In this document: positions 45,366 through 54,375 of the stretch, one piece after another
Numbering within the stretch: position 1 is the stretch's first letter
How the letters are laid out: every line of letters starts with the position of its first letter
The notes under the pieces: model-generated
What the model was told of the DNA's origin: nothing
The model's database searches: none
What the model saw: the letters and a program-made list of their open reading frames with translations, nothing else
Origin: Planctomycetota bacterium
GTDB taxonomy: Bacteria; Planctomycetota; JAJSAM01; JAJVHW01
Direction: 5' to 3'
DNA: 64,000 nucleotides
NCBI GenBank assembly: GCA_965248445.1
Contig: CBDFJG010000004.1
Coordinates: forward strand, 1,600,001 to 1,664,000
Translations under genes and position numbers: made by a program

Positions 45366-48107
45366 CTACTCGCGGCTTGTGACTGCGGGCGTGACGCGGC
45401 CCAGGAACAGCAGCACCGACGAGGTCGTGCGCACCGGCCCGTTCAGTTTGAACCGGCTGGTCTCCTCGAAGCTGCCGTCGTCGAACTGAATCGTCATCAG
45501 GTGGCGTGAGCCCGTGGCGTACCAGCGCTCGCCGGCCAGGATCTCGATGCTCAACAGCATGGCGAGTCGCTGGATCGCGAAGAGGTACGCGGAGTATCCC
45601 GAGTCGCTGCTCGCGCTGACCAGCGCGCCGTCGGCGAACACCGGCTGACGGCGGATGTCGAAGTAGCGGTCCAGCCACGCGAGTCCGCGTTGCACGCCCT
45701 GCAGACTGTCGTAGTCGAACGTGCTCGACTTGTCGCCGAGCTCACCCGCCTTCGCGATCACGGCCAGCGACGTCAGCGACGCCACCGTCGTGCCCGTGAG
45801 CCAATCGTCGTGGCCCTTGATGCCACGGGCACCGAACAGCCCGTTCGCCGCCCGGAACGTCTTGGCGAAGCAGGAGCGCGGCACCTTCGCGCCGCGGCGC
45901 TGCGCCAGCCACAGGCTCTCTGCAGCGAACAGCGCTTCGAACGCCTCGCCGTCTTCTTTGGAGTCGAGCGCGCCGGCCCAGAACCCGTTGGACTTCTGGC
46001 CCTTCACGATGGCCTTGATGAGCCCCTTGACGAGATCTCCCTCGGGATCCTCGCCGCCACCGATCAGTGCGCGCAGCGCCAGTGTGGTCTGCTGCGTGCC
46101 GCGGTACGCGGACTTGCCGTCCACGAGTTCCTGCGCCTGTTCGCGCAGGATGGTCCACGCTTTCGCGACGCGTTCGTCGTCTTTGTCGATGCCGACAGTC
46201 GCGAGTGTCCACAGGCACTGCGCGTTCGAGAACATGGTCGGCTTGTTGATCGAACCGATTCTGGCGGTCTTCGACGAACGGAACTCGCGCAGCGCGAACG
46301 CTCCGGAGCCCGTCCTGTTGCACGTCAGGAGGAAGTCGACGGCGTTGTCCATCATGTCGCGGATCTTGTCGGCCTCGTCGGCCGAGGGGGGCGAAATGCG
46401 CTGGCGCCGGGCTTCGACGGTCGCGGCGACGTTCGGGACCGCCTTCTCACCGTCGCAGAGCACGCAGTCGGCGGATTCGAACGGGATCTTGCCCTTCTTC
46501 TTGCACGTCTTGCACCCGATCGCGCCGTTCTTGCACCTGTCGCACTTGAGCCCGCCCTTGCCGTTGCAGCGGTCGCACTTGGTCGCCGAAGCGATGGTGC
46601 CGTCGGTGAAGACCATCAGGCGGATGCCGTGGCCGTTGCAGCGTCTGCAGAGGGACTTTGCACGGCCGGAGCACTTGCCGCAGCCCTCGTTGCCCGTGCC
46701 GCCGCACTCGTCGCACGTGGTCATGAGCCCTTCGACGGCGCACAGCGGGCACGCGGCGTCGTCGTCCTCCCCGCACAGACGGGACAACAGATCGGTCACG
46801 CCGGACTCGGGGCACGGAATGAGGCCCTTCTCGCACCCGGGGCAGTCGCGCGTGACCTTGCCGCGGCGGCAGACGGGGCACTTCTCGTTGCCCTTCCCTG
46901 TGCACACCCTGCACTTCACCTCGTTGTCACCGCCGCAGTACCTGCACTTCTCCTTGCGGTCGTGCTGCGGGAAGTAGTGCCATCCGTCGCTGCAGGACAC
47001 GGACGGGCACGTCTGGCGGCCGCGGCAGGACGAACACGCGACCTTCGCTGTGCCGGCGCAGTCAGTGCAGGCGATCTCCAGCTTGCCCTTGCCCTCGCAG
47101 AGGGTGCAGGTCAGCTTGCCGGCGTCGCAGACGCCTTCCTCGGCGGCCGCGGGGGCGATCTGCTTGGCTGCGTCGGCGAGCGGCATTCCGAACGCCTTGG
47201 CGAATGTCGCGGAGTCGGCTTCATCGGCGCCGGCGAAGACCGACACAGCGTCGGTGATGTTGACGCCCTTCGCGACGCCCAGTTCCACGAGCCGGCCCAT
47301 GAAGGCGCGCGCGTTCGTCGGGGGACCGTCCTCGGCGTCCAGCGCCGGCGCCAGGTCGAACGCTTCGCTGCCTGCGCACCGGTGGCCGGGTGTGGGGAGC
47401 GGAACGCCGTCGATCTGCGCCGAGAGCCAGAGTTGCACGCCCTGGCGCAGCCACTTGGGCGCTTCGCCGTCCAGAGGCCGCTGTATGAGCAGTCGTTCGG
47501 CCATGACGTCGCCGAACCTCGCCACGTCGGGCGCGAGACCCGACGCGCGACGCCAGAGTTCGACGCGCAGGCGGCCGGCGGCGTCGAGCACGTCGCGCTG
47601 CACGGTCGCACCATCTTCACGCTTGCGCAGGTGTGGCAGCGTGCCGCGCTGTGACACTGCACCCGCAGTGGAACCCCGGCGCACCAGCAGCGCTCCGCCG
47701 TCCTTGCTCAAGATCACACGTCCCGCGTCGCCCGGCGTCTTGACCTCGACGACGATCAACTCGGACGGCGTGTACCCCTCGGGCGCCAGGCCCGCCTTGG
47801 TCATCGCGGCGACGCCGCGCAGGATCGCCGCGCTGACCCTCGCCGCCCGCGCCTCCCGGCGCTCGGCGGTGCCGGGAGTGCAGAAAACGAGTCCAGCCGG
47901 CTTCACACGGACCCGCTCGTCCGAGCGAGTGAGGCGGTTCTGCGCCTTGTACAGGCGGCTCGCCAGATCCTCGTCCGACACGCCGGACTCCGCGAGCTCG
48001 TCGAAGATCGAGTCTTGGGCGGCCGCAGGGGGCGCGGTCCCCAGCACCAGCAGTGCGATGCCGAGCGTCGCAACGATCAGAGGCCTATTCAGAGGTAATG
48101 TGCGCAT
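45366..48107 (-). CDS. Secreted protein with 15 CxxC motifs and a C-terminal alpha/alpha-barrel-like (prenyltransferase-repeat-like) domain
   Basis: GGAGG RBS, signal peptide; CxxCxGxG repeats; QKSNGFW, RGLAWL, QFDDGSF motifs. Confidence 0.82.
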   Translation of the reverse strand: MRTLPLNRPLIVATLGIALLVLGTAPPAAAQDSIFDELAESGVSDEDLASRLYKAQNRLTRSDERVRVKPAGLVFCTPGTAERREARAARVSAAILRGVAAMTKAGLAPEGYTPSELIVVEVKTPGDAGRVILSKDGGALLVRRGSTAGAVSQRGTLPHLRKREDGATVQRDVLDAAGRLRVELWRRASGLAPDVARFGDVMAERLLIQRPLDGEAPKWLRQGVQLWLSAQIDGVPLPTPGHRCAGSEAFDLAPALDAEDGPPTNARAFMGRLVELGVAKGVNITDAVSVFAGADEADSATFAKAFGMPLADAAKQIAPAAAEEGVCDAGKLTCTLCEGKGKLEIACTDCAGTAKVACSSCRGRQTCPSVSCSDGWHYFPQHDRKEKCRYCGGDNEVKCRVCTGKGNEKCPVCRRGKVTRDCPGCEKGLIPCPESGVTDLLSRLCGEDDDAACPLCAVEGLMTTCDECGGTGNEGCGKCSGRAKSLCRRCNGHGIRLMVFTDGTIASATKCDRCNGKGGLKCDRCKNGAIGCKTCKKKGKIPFESADCVLCDGEKAVPNVAATVEARRQRISPPSADEADKIRDMMDNAVDFLLTCNRTGSGAFALREFRSSKTARIGSINKPTMFSNAQCLWTLATVGIDKDDERVAKAWTILREQAQELVDGKSAYRGTQQTTLALRALIGGGEDPEGDLVKGLIKAIVKGQKSNGFWAGALDSKEDGEAFEALFAAESLWLAQRRGAKVPRSCFAKTFRAANGLFGARGIKGHDDWLTGTTVASLTSLAVIAKAGELGDKSSTFDYDSLQGVQRGLAWLDRYFDIRRQPVFADGALVSASSDSGYSAYLFAIQRLAMLLSIEILAGERWYATGSRHLMTIQFDDGSFEETSRFKLNGPVRTTSSVLLFLGRVTPAVTSRE

Positions 48108-48127
48108 CACTGCACCTCCGCGCGGGC

Positions 48128-49627
48128 GTAACCGTTCACCCCTTGACAGCGTGTGAGCCTCAGCGTGCGACGGGCAGCGGGACCATGACGGGCGGGTCGG
48201 CGCCGGTGAGGTGCGCGGCGACCGAGTCGGCGAGGAAGTCGAAGACTTGGTCGCCACGGCGTCGCAGCGTGGCCGCGGCGGTCAACACGCGCTCGGCGAA
48301 GCGGAGTCCGCGAGCGGACTGGCTTCCGAAGGAGCCCTTGCGCCAGAGCACCGCTTTGCGGACCGCGCGCTCGGCGGCGTTGTTCGTCGGACTCACGTCC
48401 TGGGTCCGCGCATAGGTGAAGAGGGCGACCACGCGGGGGCGCAGATGGTTGGCCAGAGCCGAGTCGTCGTTCGCGATCAGTCGCTCGAGCCGTCCGCGCA
48501 GCACAGCGGCTTCGCCTTGCAGCCGGTCACGGTCGCCGTGCTCACCGAAGAGCCGGTAGCTGCGCATGACCGACTGCGCGATCATGACGCCCTTGTTGCC
48601 GAAGCGGCGATGTTCTCGCGGGCCTTCGGCCAGCGCACGGAAGGCGCGCTCGATGTGCGCCCAGCAGAGCTGGCGGCGGGCAAGTGGGTGTGACTCGTAG
48701 GCACCCATCCGGTCGCTGATCACCGTGCCACCGAAGCGCCGCCCGATCAGCCGCCCTTTCGCCTTGGCACTGCGGCGGCGATCGATCCCGAAGGCTGTGG
48801 CGTGCTCGCTCTCCGCCGCCCACAGCCAGCACACCCGGCCCCGTTCCTTCCACGACGTCTCGTCCACGTTGGCTCGCAGCGACGTGCGGACTGCCCCGAG
48901 GGCTTCGAGGTACGACGAGTGCAGAGCGTCACTGAGCCGACGCTCACAGTCGCTGATCTTGCCCAGCGACATCTTCACACCGAAGATCTCACCGAGCAGC
49001 CGCTGCGTCTCCCGCACGCTCACGCGGTACACGCCGCGCAGCGCGCCGGCAAGTGTGGTCAGCCGCGGACCGAAGGCCCCGGTCGGCACGCCATCGGGCA
49101 GGACCGCCGTCGTGACCGCACGACAGCGCCGGCACCGCGCCTTGTGCAGCCGGTGCTCCCGCACCGTGACGAGCACGCGCGGGAGCACCGTCACCTGGTG
49201 CCGGTACGGATCGCCGATGCCCTGCTCGAGATCGTCGTGTCCGCACGCGTCGCAGAGGTCGGGACGGTGCTCCTTGGTCTCATCGACGTTGGACGGATCC
49301 ACCAGCTCGCGCGCCGTGCCCTCATGGCCCGGCTGTCCGCCCTGCTGGCGACCGCTACGCGGCCTTCGGCCGCGACGGCGCTTGGACCACGCCGGGTCCG
49401 ACGACGGAGGCCTCGAGCTGTTGCGGGAGTCACGCTTCAGACGCGACTCGAGCTCGTCGATGCGGCGCAGATGCTTCGCTTCGCGACGCTCCAGCTCCTC
49501 GATCCAGGCCAGAAGGCCCTCGACCATCGCCCGCAGATCCTCGTCCTGCCGCTCGCCCACAACCTCTTGATCGACCGATGGCCGAACGATCTGGATCCTG
49601 GCTCGCGACGAAGGGGTGAACGGTTAC
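48128..49627 (-). mobile_element. IS66-family element, single-ORF, 1500 bp
   Basis: Perfect 17-bp IR GTAACCGTTCACCCCTT/AAGGGGTGAACGGTTAC; no flanking direct repeat. Confidence 0.92.
48160..49560 (-). CDS. IS66-family transposase
   Basis: NSSRPPSSD, GGQPGHEG, VDETSW, QLCWAHI, PTNNAAERAVR. Confidence 0.95.
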   Translation of the reverse strand: MGERQDEDLRAMVEGLLAWIEELERREAKHLRRIDELESRLKRDSRNSSRPPSSDPAWSKRRRGRRPRSGRQQGGQPGHEGTARELVDPSNVDETKEHRPDLCDACGHDDLEQGIGDPYRHQVTVLPRVLVTVREHRLHKARCRRCRAVTTAVLPDGVPTGAFGPRLTTLAGALRGVYRVSVRETQRLLGEIFGVKMSLGKISDCERRLSDALHSSYLEALGAVRTSLRANVDETSWKERGRVCWLWAAESEHATAFGIDRRRSAKAKGRLIGRRFGGTVISDRMGAYESHPLARRQLCWAHIERAFRALAEGPREHRRFGNKGVMIAQSVMRSYRLFGEHGDRDRLQGEAAVLRGRLERLIANDDSALANHLRPRVVALFTYARTQDVSPTNNAAERAVRKAVLWRKGSFGSQSARGLRFAERVLTAAATLRRRGDQVFDFLADSVAAHLTGADPPVMVPLPVAR

Positions 49628-49811
49628 CGTCAGGTTCTCGTCGGTGTCAACTTGTGGGTTGACGCCGCTCAACAGCGACACGTACTCTCAAACGTGTCGA
49701 GTGTGCGCGAAGGCATTCGTGTCAACAATTGGCACGACGCGCCGCGACGAGAGAGATACGTGATCGGCGGCTGCTGGCGACAGTATCTGTACGATTCAAC
49801 AGGAGGATGTC

Positions 49812-50633
49812 ATGCGTCACACTTCGCGGATCTTCGTCAACGCCTGCCTCATCGGGGCGTTCAGCTTGTTCGGCATCGTCATGGCCAGAGCAGACGGTTC
49901 CGGCGGAGGCAGAGGCGGCTGGGGACAGGGACCGGCCAATGGCTGGTCTGATCGGGACGGCGAAGCGGGTGAGGACACCGGCACCGGGTCGGCTGGGAGC
50001 GGGGGCGCAAAGGGCGCGTTCGGTGCCGACGGCGGGGTCTTTTCACTCGTTGTGGTCGTGCTGACGGACGACCTCCCGGCCGTCGCAATTGCAGCTGACG
50101 GAGAACCTGGAGCGCGAGGGACGGACGGCGGCACCGCGACAGGAACCTGCTCCGGCGGAGGCGGAGGAGCCGGTGGTGATGGTGGGATGGGACAGGACGC
50201 GGAGGCAACGTGCGCTAACGAGACCATCGCGCCCGGCACCGCGCACGCATGGGCTAGGGGCGGAAACGGTGGATGGGGTGGAGACGGTGGCAACGGAGGC
50301 CACGCGGATCAGGGCGACGGCGGTGACGGAGGTGACGCAGGCAATGGAAGCCACGGTGGAGAAGCCGAGACCGGCGGCGGGTCCGGCGCGACGCTGACCC
50401 CTGTACCCGGAACCGGCGGATCGGACGGCAGCGGTGGGGTTGGCGGGAGTAGTTCTGGCGGAGGCTTGGGAGGTGACGGTGGGGACACCGGCGAGACTGG
50501 GGGAAGCGGTGGCTACGCCTACGAGGGTGGCGCACATGTCCCCGCGAAGGACGGTGCTGCTGGAAATGGTGGATCGCCGGGCGACGGTGGAAACGGCGGA
50601 GCCGGCGACGGCTACGACGGAAGTAGCTACTGA
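49812..50633 (+). CDS. Secreted glycine-rich (GGX-repeat) protein
   Basis: AGGAGG RBS; signal peptide; GGNGG/GGDGG repeats. Confidence 0.8.
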   Translation: MRHTSRIFVNACLIGAFSLFGIVMARADGSGGGRGGWGQGPANGWSDRDGEAGEDTGTGSAGSGGAKGAFGADGGVFSLVVVVLTDDLPAVAIAADGEPGARGTDGGTATGTCSGGGGGAGGDGGMGQDAEATCANETIAPGTAHAWARGGNGGWGGDGGNGGHADQGDGGDGGDAGNGSHGGEAETGGGSGATLTPVPGTGGSDGSGGVGGSSSGGGLGGDGGDTGETGGSGGYAYEGGAHVPAKDGAAGNGGSPGDGGNGGAGDGYDGSSY

Positions 50634-50654
50634 CCAATCCCTGGGACACGCATC

Positions 50655-52049
50655 GTGAAGGACCGTTCTCCTACCCGTGTTCTCCGCACCGTGGTCGCGG
50701 TCTCGTTGATCGGGCTGGCGCTCGTAGCGTACTTCGTCAGTTGCGAGAGCGGTTCGAACTCGTCCGCAAGCGCGGACTTGGCCTCTTCGATGCCGGACTC
50801 TGAGCGCGACACAACCCGCCGGTCTCGTGTGACCGACGTGCCAGCTGAAGAGAGCACAGTGGAGACAGACGACGGCGCGAGTCGAGAGGCTCGCGCCGTT
50901 TGGCTTCACGACGGAACACCTGCGCGAAACATCGCGCTCTGCGTCTCGCATGGCGACAGAGGTGACAGGAGAGAGACACGCCTGAACACGGACCAGCGCG
51001 GGGTGGTACGCATCCCCCGTGGCGTCTCACCCGCGCAGATCGCGTCTCGAGACTCGAGCGTCGTGGTGTTCGCATCGCAGTCAGGCGCGGAGACGCAACT
51101 TCGGCTCTTGATCGCGCGCTCGGTGGAGATCGAGGTGACCGTCACCGCCACCGATCTGGATCCGGGAGAGTTACCCTCAGGACTCACGGTGAGCCTTGAA
51201 CGTCTCGACGTCCTGGAACTCAGTCCGGACCTTCAGTCAGTAGAGGGCTTCACGAAGGCTGAGTTGGTCGCCGCCGATGTGCCGATGCGTTGGCGTCTGG
51301 ACGTCGATCCGGCCACGGGCCGCGCCACCGAGAGGGTGTCGGCGATCGACCACCTTGTCGCGCGGGCGAGTGCGTTCGGGTATGTGCCGACGGTGGCCGA
51401 GTTGGACGTCGTCACCCATGCATTCGGCACTCCGCTCCGCGTACATCTGACACTCTCGCGTAGCCGGGAGATTTCTGGCCGCGTCGTGGGGCCCGACGGC
51501 GAGCCCGTCGCGGGCGTCCCGATCTCGATCACGAGTTGGCGACGCCTCGCCACCGAGGGGATGGACCTGGCCAAGTACGGTGGCTTGACGGCGCGCGCAT
51601 CCGTCGGTATTCGCGGAGTGTCTCAGACGCACAGCATCGTGACCGTCAGAACGTACGCGACTTCCGAGGCCGATGGCTCCTGGCGATCCGAGATCGTATT
51701 CGACGGCACGATCGAGGTCGTTGGTTTCGCAACTTCACGGAGCCCGGCCCGTGCCGGCGTGGCGTGGTCGCAACTCGATGACGTTCAGTTGCGCGTAGGT
51801 CCGCTCCAGGACACTTCGGTCCAACTTCTCCATGACGGGGCTCCGATTGCAGAGGCTGCCGTCGTGATCGTTGATCTCAGCAGCGAGGATCAGACCGGGT
51901 CGCCCAACCTACAGACGGACAAGACCGGTCGGGTGAGCAGCACGTTCCTTGTTCACGGACGTCACTACTACATCAGAGCCCGGCGCGCTGAGGGGTCGCA
52001 TCGCGTGTTCGTGGACTGGGAGGGCCAGTCCTCGATCACGTTCGAGTAG
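50655..52049 (+). CDS. Membrane-anchored protein with carboxypeptidase-regulatory-like beta-sandwich repeats
   Basis: ISGRVVGPDGEPVAGV, TSEADGSW, TDKTGRV. Confidence 0.75.
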   Translation: MKDRSPTRVLRTVVAVSLIGLALVAYFVSCESGSNSSASADLASSMPDSERDTTRRSRVTDVPAEESTVETDDGASREARAVWLHDGTPARNIALCVSHGDRGDRRETRLNTDQRGVVRIPRGVSPAQIASRDSSVVVFASQSGAETQLRLLIARSVEIEVTVTATDLDPGELPSGLTVSLERLDVLELSPDLQSVEGFTKAELVAADVPMRWRLDVDPATGRATERVSAIDHLVARASAFGYVPTVAELDVVTHAFGTPLRVHLTLSRSREISGRVVGPDGEPVAGVPISITSWRRLATEGMDLAKYGGLTARASVGIRGVSQTHSIVTVRTYATSEADGSWRSEIVFDGTIEVVGFATSRSPARAGVAWSQLDDVQLRVGPLQDTSVQLLHDGAPIAEAAVVIVDLSSEDQTGSPNLQTDKTGRVSSTFLVHGRHYYIRARRAEGSHRVFVDWEGQSSITFE

Positions 52050-52060
52050 AGCGCGGAACA

Positions 52061-52381
52061 GTGGTAACTAGCGTGAACGTGGAAAGGCGATCGCAGTTTC
52101 AAGCGGCTTGCGCGGAACTCGCTCGCGCCGGTCTAATCACAAGCCAGAAGCCGAATGCTGGGATCCTCCGCGGCGCCATCCCAGCGGGCGACACACCGCG
52201 CCTCATCGCGCGGCTCGCGACGCACTACGTCGAACTCGATGGCCGCACCGGCAAGGTGGTGCGCAAGATCGAGCAGATCCCGCACACCCACGGCGCCGCC
52301 CTCAGTCCAGACGGTGCGACCGCATTTGCGATCCACCCCGAGACCGGCGACGTGACGTCGGTGCCGCTCACAGACAACTAG
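52061..52381 (+). pseudogene. Probable chimeric remnant ending in a YncE-like propeller blade
   Basis: ELDGRTGKVVRKI...HGAALSPDG; too short for a full propeller. Confidence 0.4.
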
Positions 52382-52546
52382 CCGCGATGTAGTCACATGC
52401 ACGGAGACGCGGTCCGTCGCGACTCCTCGCTCGGCGTGATCGCTGGGCGGTAAGGGTGCGTGCGGGGGAGTGACGGCGATTAACCCAACTGAGCCAGACC
52501 GGCGCCTTCGTCGGGTCGCTGCCCGACGTGGACGTCGAGGTCGAAC

Positions 52547-52684
52547 AGTGGCGTTGGCGCGTGAATGCCGGGTGGCGCGTCTGCCGAGCCTGAGCCATCG
52601 CGAAGTGGCTTTGGCTCGGGCAGGACTGGCAGCACGCTCAAGCTCGACGCGGACGCCAGGAGGCATTCATGCACCAACGCCCCT
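52547..52684. other. Long imperfect hairpin (about 138 nt) in intergenic DNA
   Basis: Arms 52547-52569 and 52662-52684 pair at 20/23 Watson-Crick plus one G-U; pairing continues inward. Confidence 0.7.
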
Positions 52685-52763
52685 CCCGGTAGCTTCTCGG
52701 CAGGGTTCCGCGCAGAAATCGACACCCAACACCCTCCGAGTGGGACTTGACTGGAGAGGCATC

Positions 52764-54137
52764 GTGACTGAACCCGCCACCGTCCCCATCGACACGCTCC
52801 TGGAGCACCGGACCTGGGTCCGGTCCCTCGCCCGGTCCATCGTGGGGGACGTTCACCTGGCCGAGGACGTGGCGCAGCAGACGTGGGTGAGCGCACTTCG
52901 GGCTCCTCCTGCGCACGGCGGGTCGATCCGAGGTTGGTTGGCCACGGTGACCCGGAACGCCGCGCGGAAGGCACGACGCTCGGAGGGCCGGCGCGCGGCG
53001 CACGAGAGCGCGGCCGAGGGCCCGCCGGCGGGGCCGTCGCCCGCGGACCTGGTGGCCCGGGCGGAAGCCCATCGCCTGGTGGTGCGCGCCGTCCTCGCGT
53101 TGCCGGAGCCCCAGCGCACCACCGTGCTCTTCCATTTCTTCGAGGACCTGCCGTTGCGTGAGATCGGGCGGCGGACCGGAGTGCCCTACGAGACCGTCCG
53201 CGGCCGATTGCGGGCGGCGCTCAGGTTGCTCCGGGCCGCTCTCGCGGCGCCGGCGCGAGGCCACGACGCGTTCGGGCTGGGTCTGCTGGCGCTGGCGACC
53301 AGTCGCGGGCTGGACACAGCCGGCACGGGCACGGCCGTCGCAACTACGGGAGGTGTCGTCGTGGGTATCGCTTCCAAGGTCACTGCAGGGATCGCCGTGG
53401 TATCCCTCTGCGCCGCCGCGTTCTGGGTCGGCCGCACGTCGGCACCGGGAGTGGACCCCGCCGACCTGGCGGCCGTTGCACTTAGGGTCGACGAGTTGGC
53501 GGCGCGTGCCGAAGCCGTGGACCGCGCCCCGACTCGGGGCCGGGCGGCCGCTTCGTTGCTGGAGGGGCGCGTGGCCCAACTCGAGTTGGCTGCCGCCGGC
53601 CGGCGAGCGGGGCGGCGCCGCGTCGGCGGCTCCGCAAAGGAACCGGCTGGGACGGGGGAGGACGCCGCCGGGGTCGCGAGCAGAGCCGCCGAACTCGAGG
53701 CGGCGACGAAGGCAAAGACCGATGCGGCCATCGATCTGTTGGAGGCTACCCAGACCTCTCTCGAGCGGGCGTTCCGTCAGCTCGAGCTGCGTCTTCTCCC
53801 GGAGGCGGAGCGCTGGGAAGTGGCCCGTACCACGGTGGGCCTCTCCGAGTATCAGGTGGCCGGCCTGCAGCGGGCGGTGGCCGCGCGGGACGCCGCCTAC
53901 GCCGCGGCGACCGTCCAGTCCGTGGAACGCGGTCCGAACGGACCGGTGGCCGTCACCGCCGTGGACGCGGACGCGGTCGAGCGGGCGGACGCCGAGTACG
54001 CACGGGCGTTCAACGGCGCGCTGAACGAGAAGGAGCGCGGCGCGTGGGTCGAGGGCGGGTTCGCCGGTGCCTTCGGCGATGACAAGCCGACCAACGAGCG
54101 GCTGGACCTGGAGGTCTTCGAGAAGGACGACTACTAG
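52764..54137 (+). CDS. ECF sigma factor with transmembrane C-terminal extension
   Basis: LAEDVAQQTW, GWLATVTRN, LPEPQRTTVLFHFFEDL...ETVRGRL; TM segment then helical domain; GGAG RBS. Confidence 0.9.
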   Translation: MTEPATVPIDTLLEHRTWVRSLARSIVGDVHLAEDVAQQTWVSALRAPPAHGGSIRGWLATVTRNAARKARRSEGRRAAHESAAEGPPAGPSPADLVARAEAHRLVVRAVLALPEPQRTTVLFHFFEDLPLREIGRRTGVPYETVRGRLRAALRLLRAALAAPARGHDAFGLGLLALATSRGLDTAGTGTAVATTGGVVVGIASKVTAGIAVVSLCAAAFWVGRTSAPGVDPADLAAVALRVDELAARAEAVDRAPTRGRAAASLLEGRVAQLELAAAGRRAGRRRVGGSAKEPAGTGEDAAGVASRAAELEAATKAKTDAAIDLLEATQTSLERAFRQLELRLLPEAERWEVARTTVGLSEYQVAGLQRAVAARDAAYAAATVQSVERGPNGPVAVTAVDADAVERADAEYARAFNGALNEKERGAWVEGGFAGAFGDDKPTNERLDLEVFEKDDY

Positions 54138-54375
54138 CCTCCCTCTCTCACCACGTCGGCGCGGAACTCGTCGGACTCTCGGTCAGCGGTCGTCGCGCGA
54201 TCTTGCAGTGGCGCTCCAGTCCGCGCGGAGGCCGCTGCGCGTTGAGCCCCGTACCCTGCTCCTGCGATGTGCGGTCGACGAGCTGCGCTCTTCAGCGAGT
54301 AGGCCGTCAAGGCGGTCGATGTCGCTCTCGAGCGCCGGGATGCGGACTTCCGTCAACTCCGCCTACTCTGCCGGC

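Noticed and set aside
46455..47130. Multiheme cytochrome
   Set aside because: None of the CxxC motifs is followed by His.
8387..47654. Long antisense or shadow ORFs (8387..10060, 17315..19903, 28559..30142, 33662..35590, 45690..47654)
   Set aside because: They overlap well-supported genes on the opposite strand, as expected in high-GC DNA.
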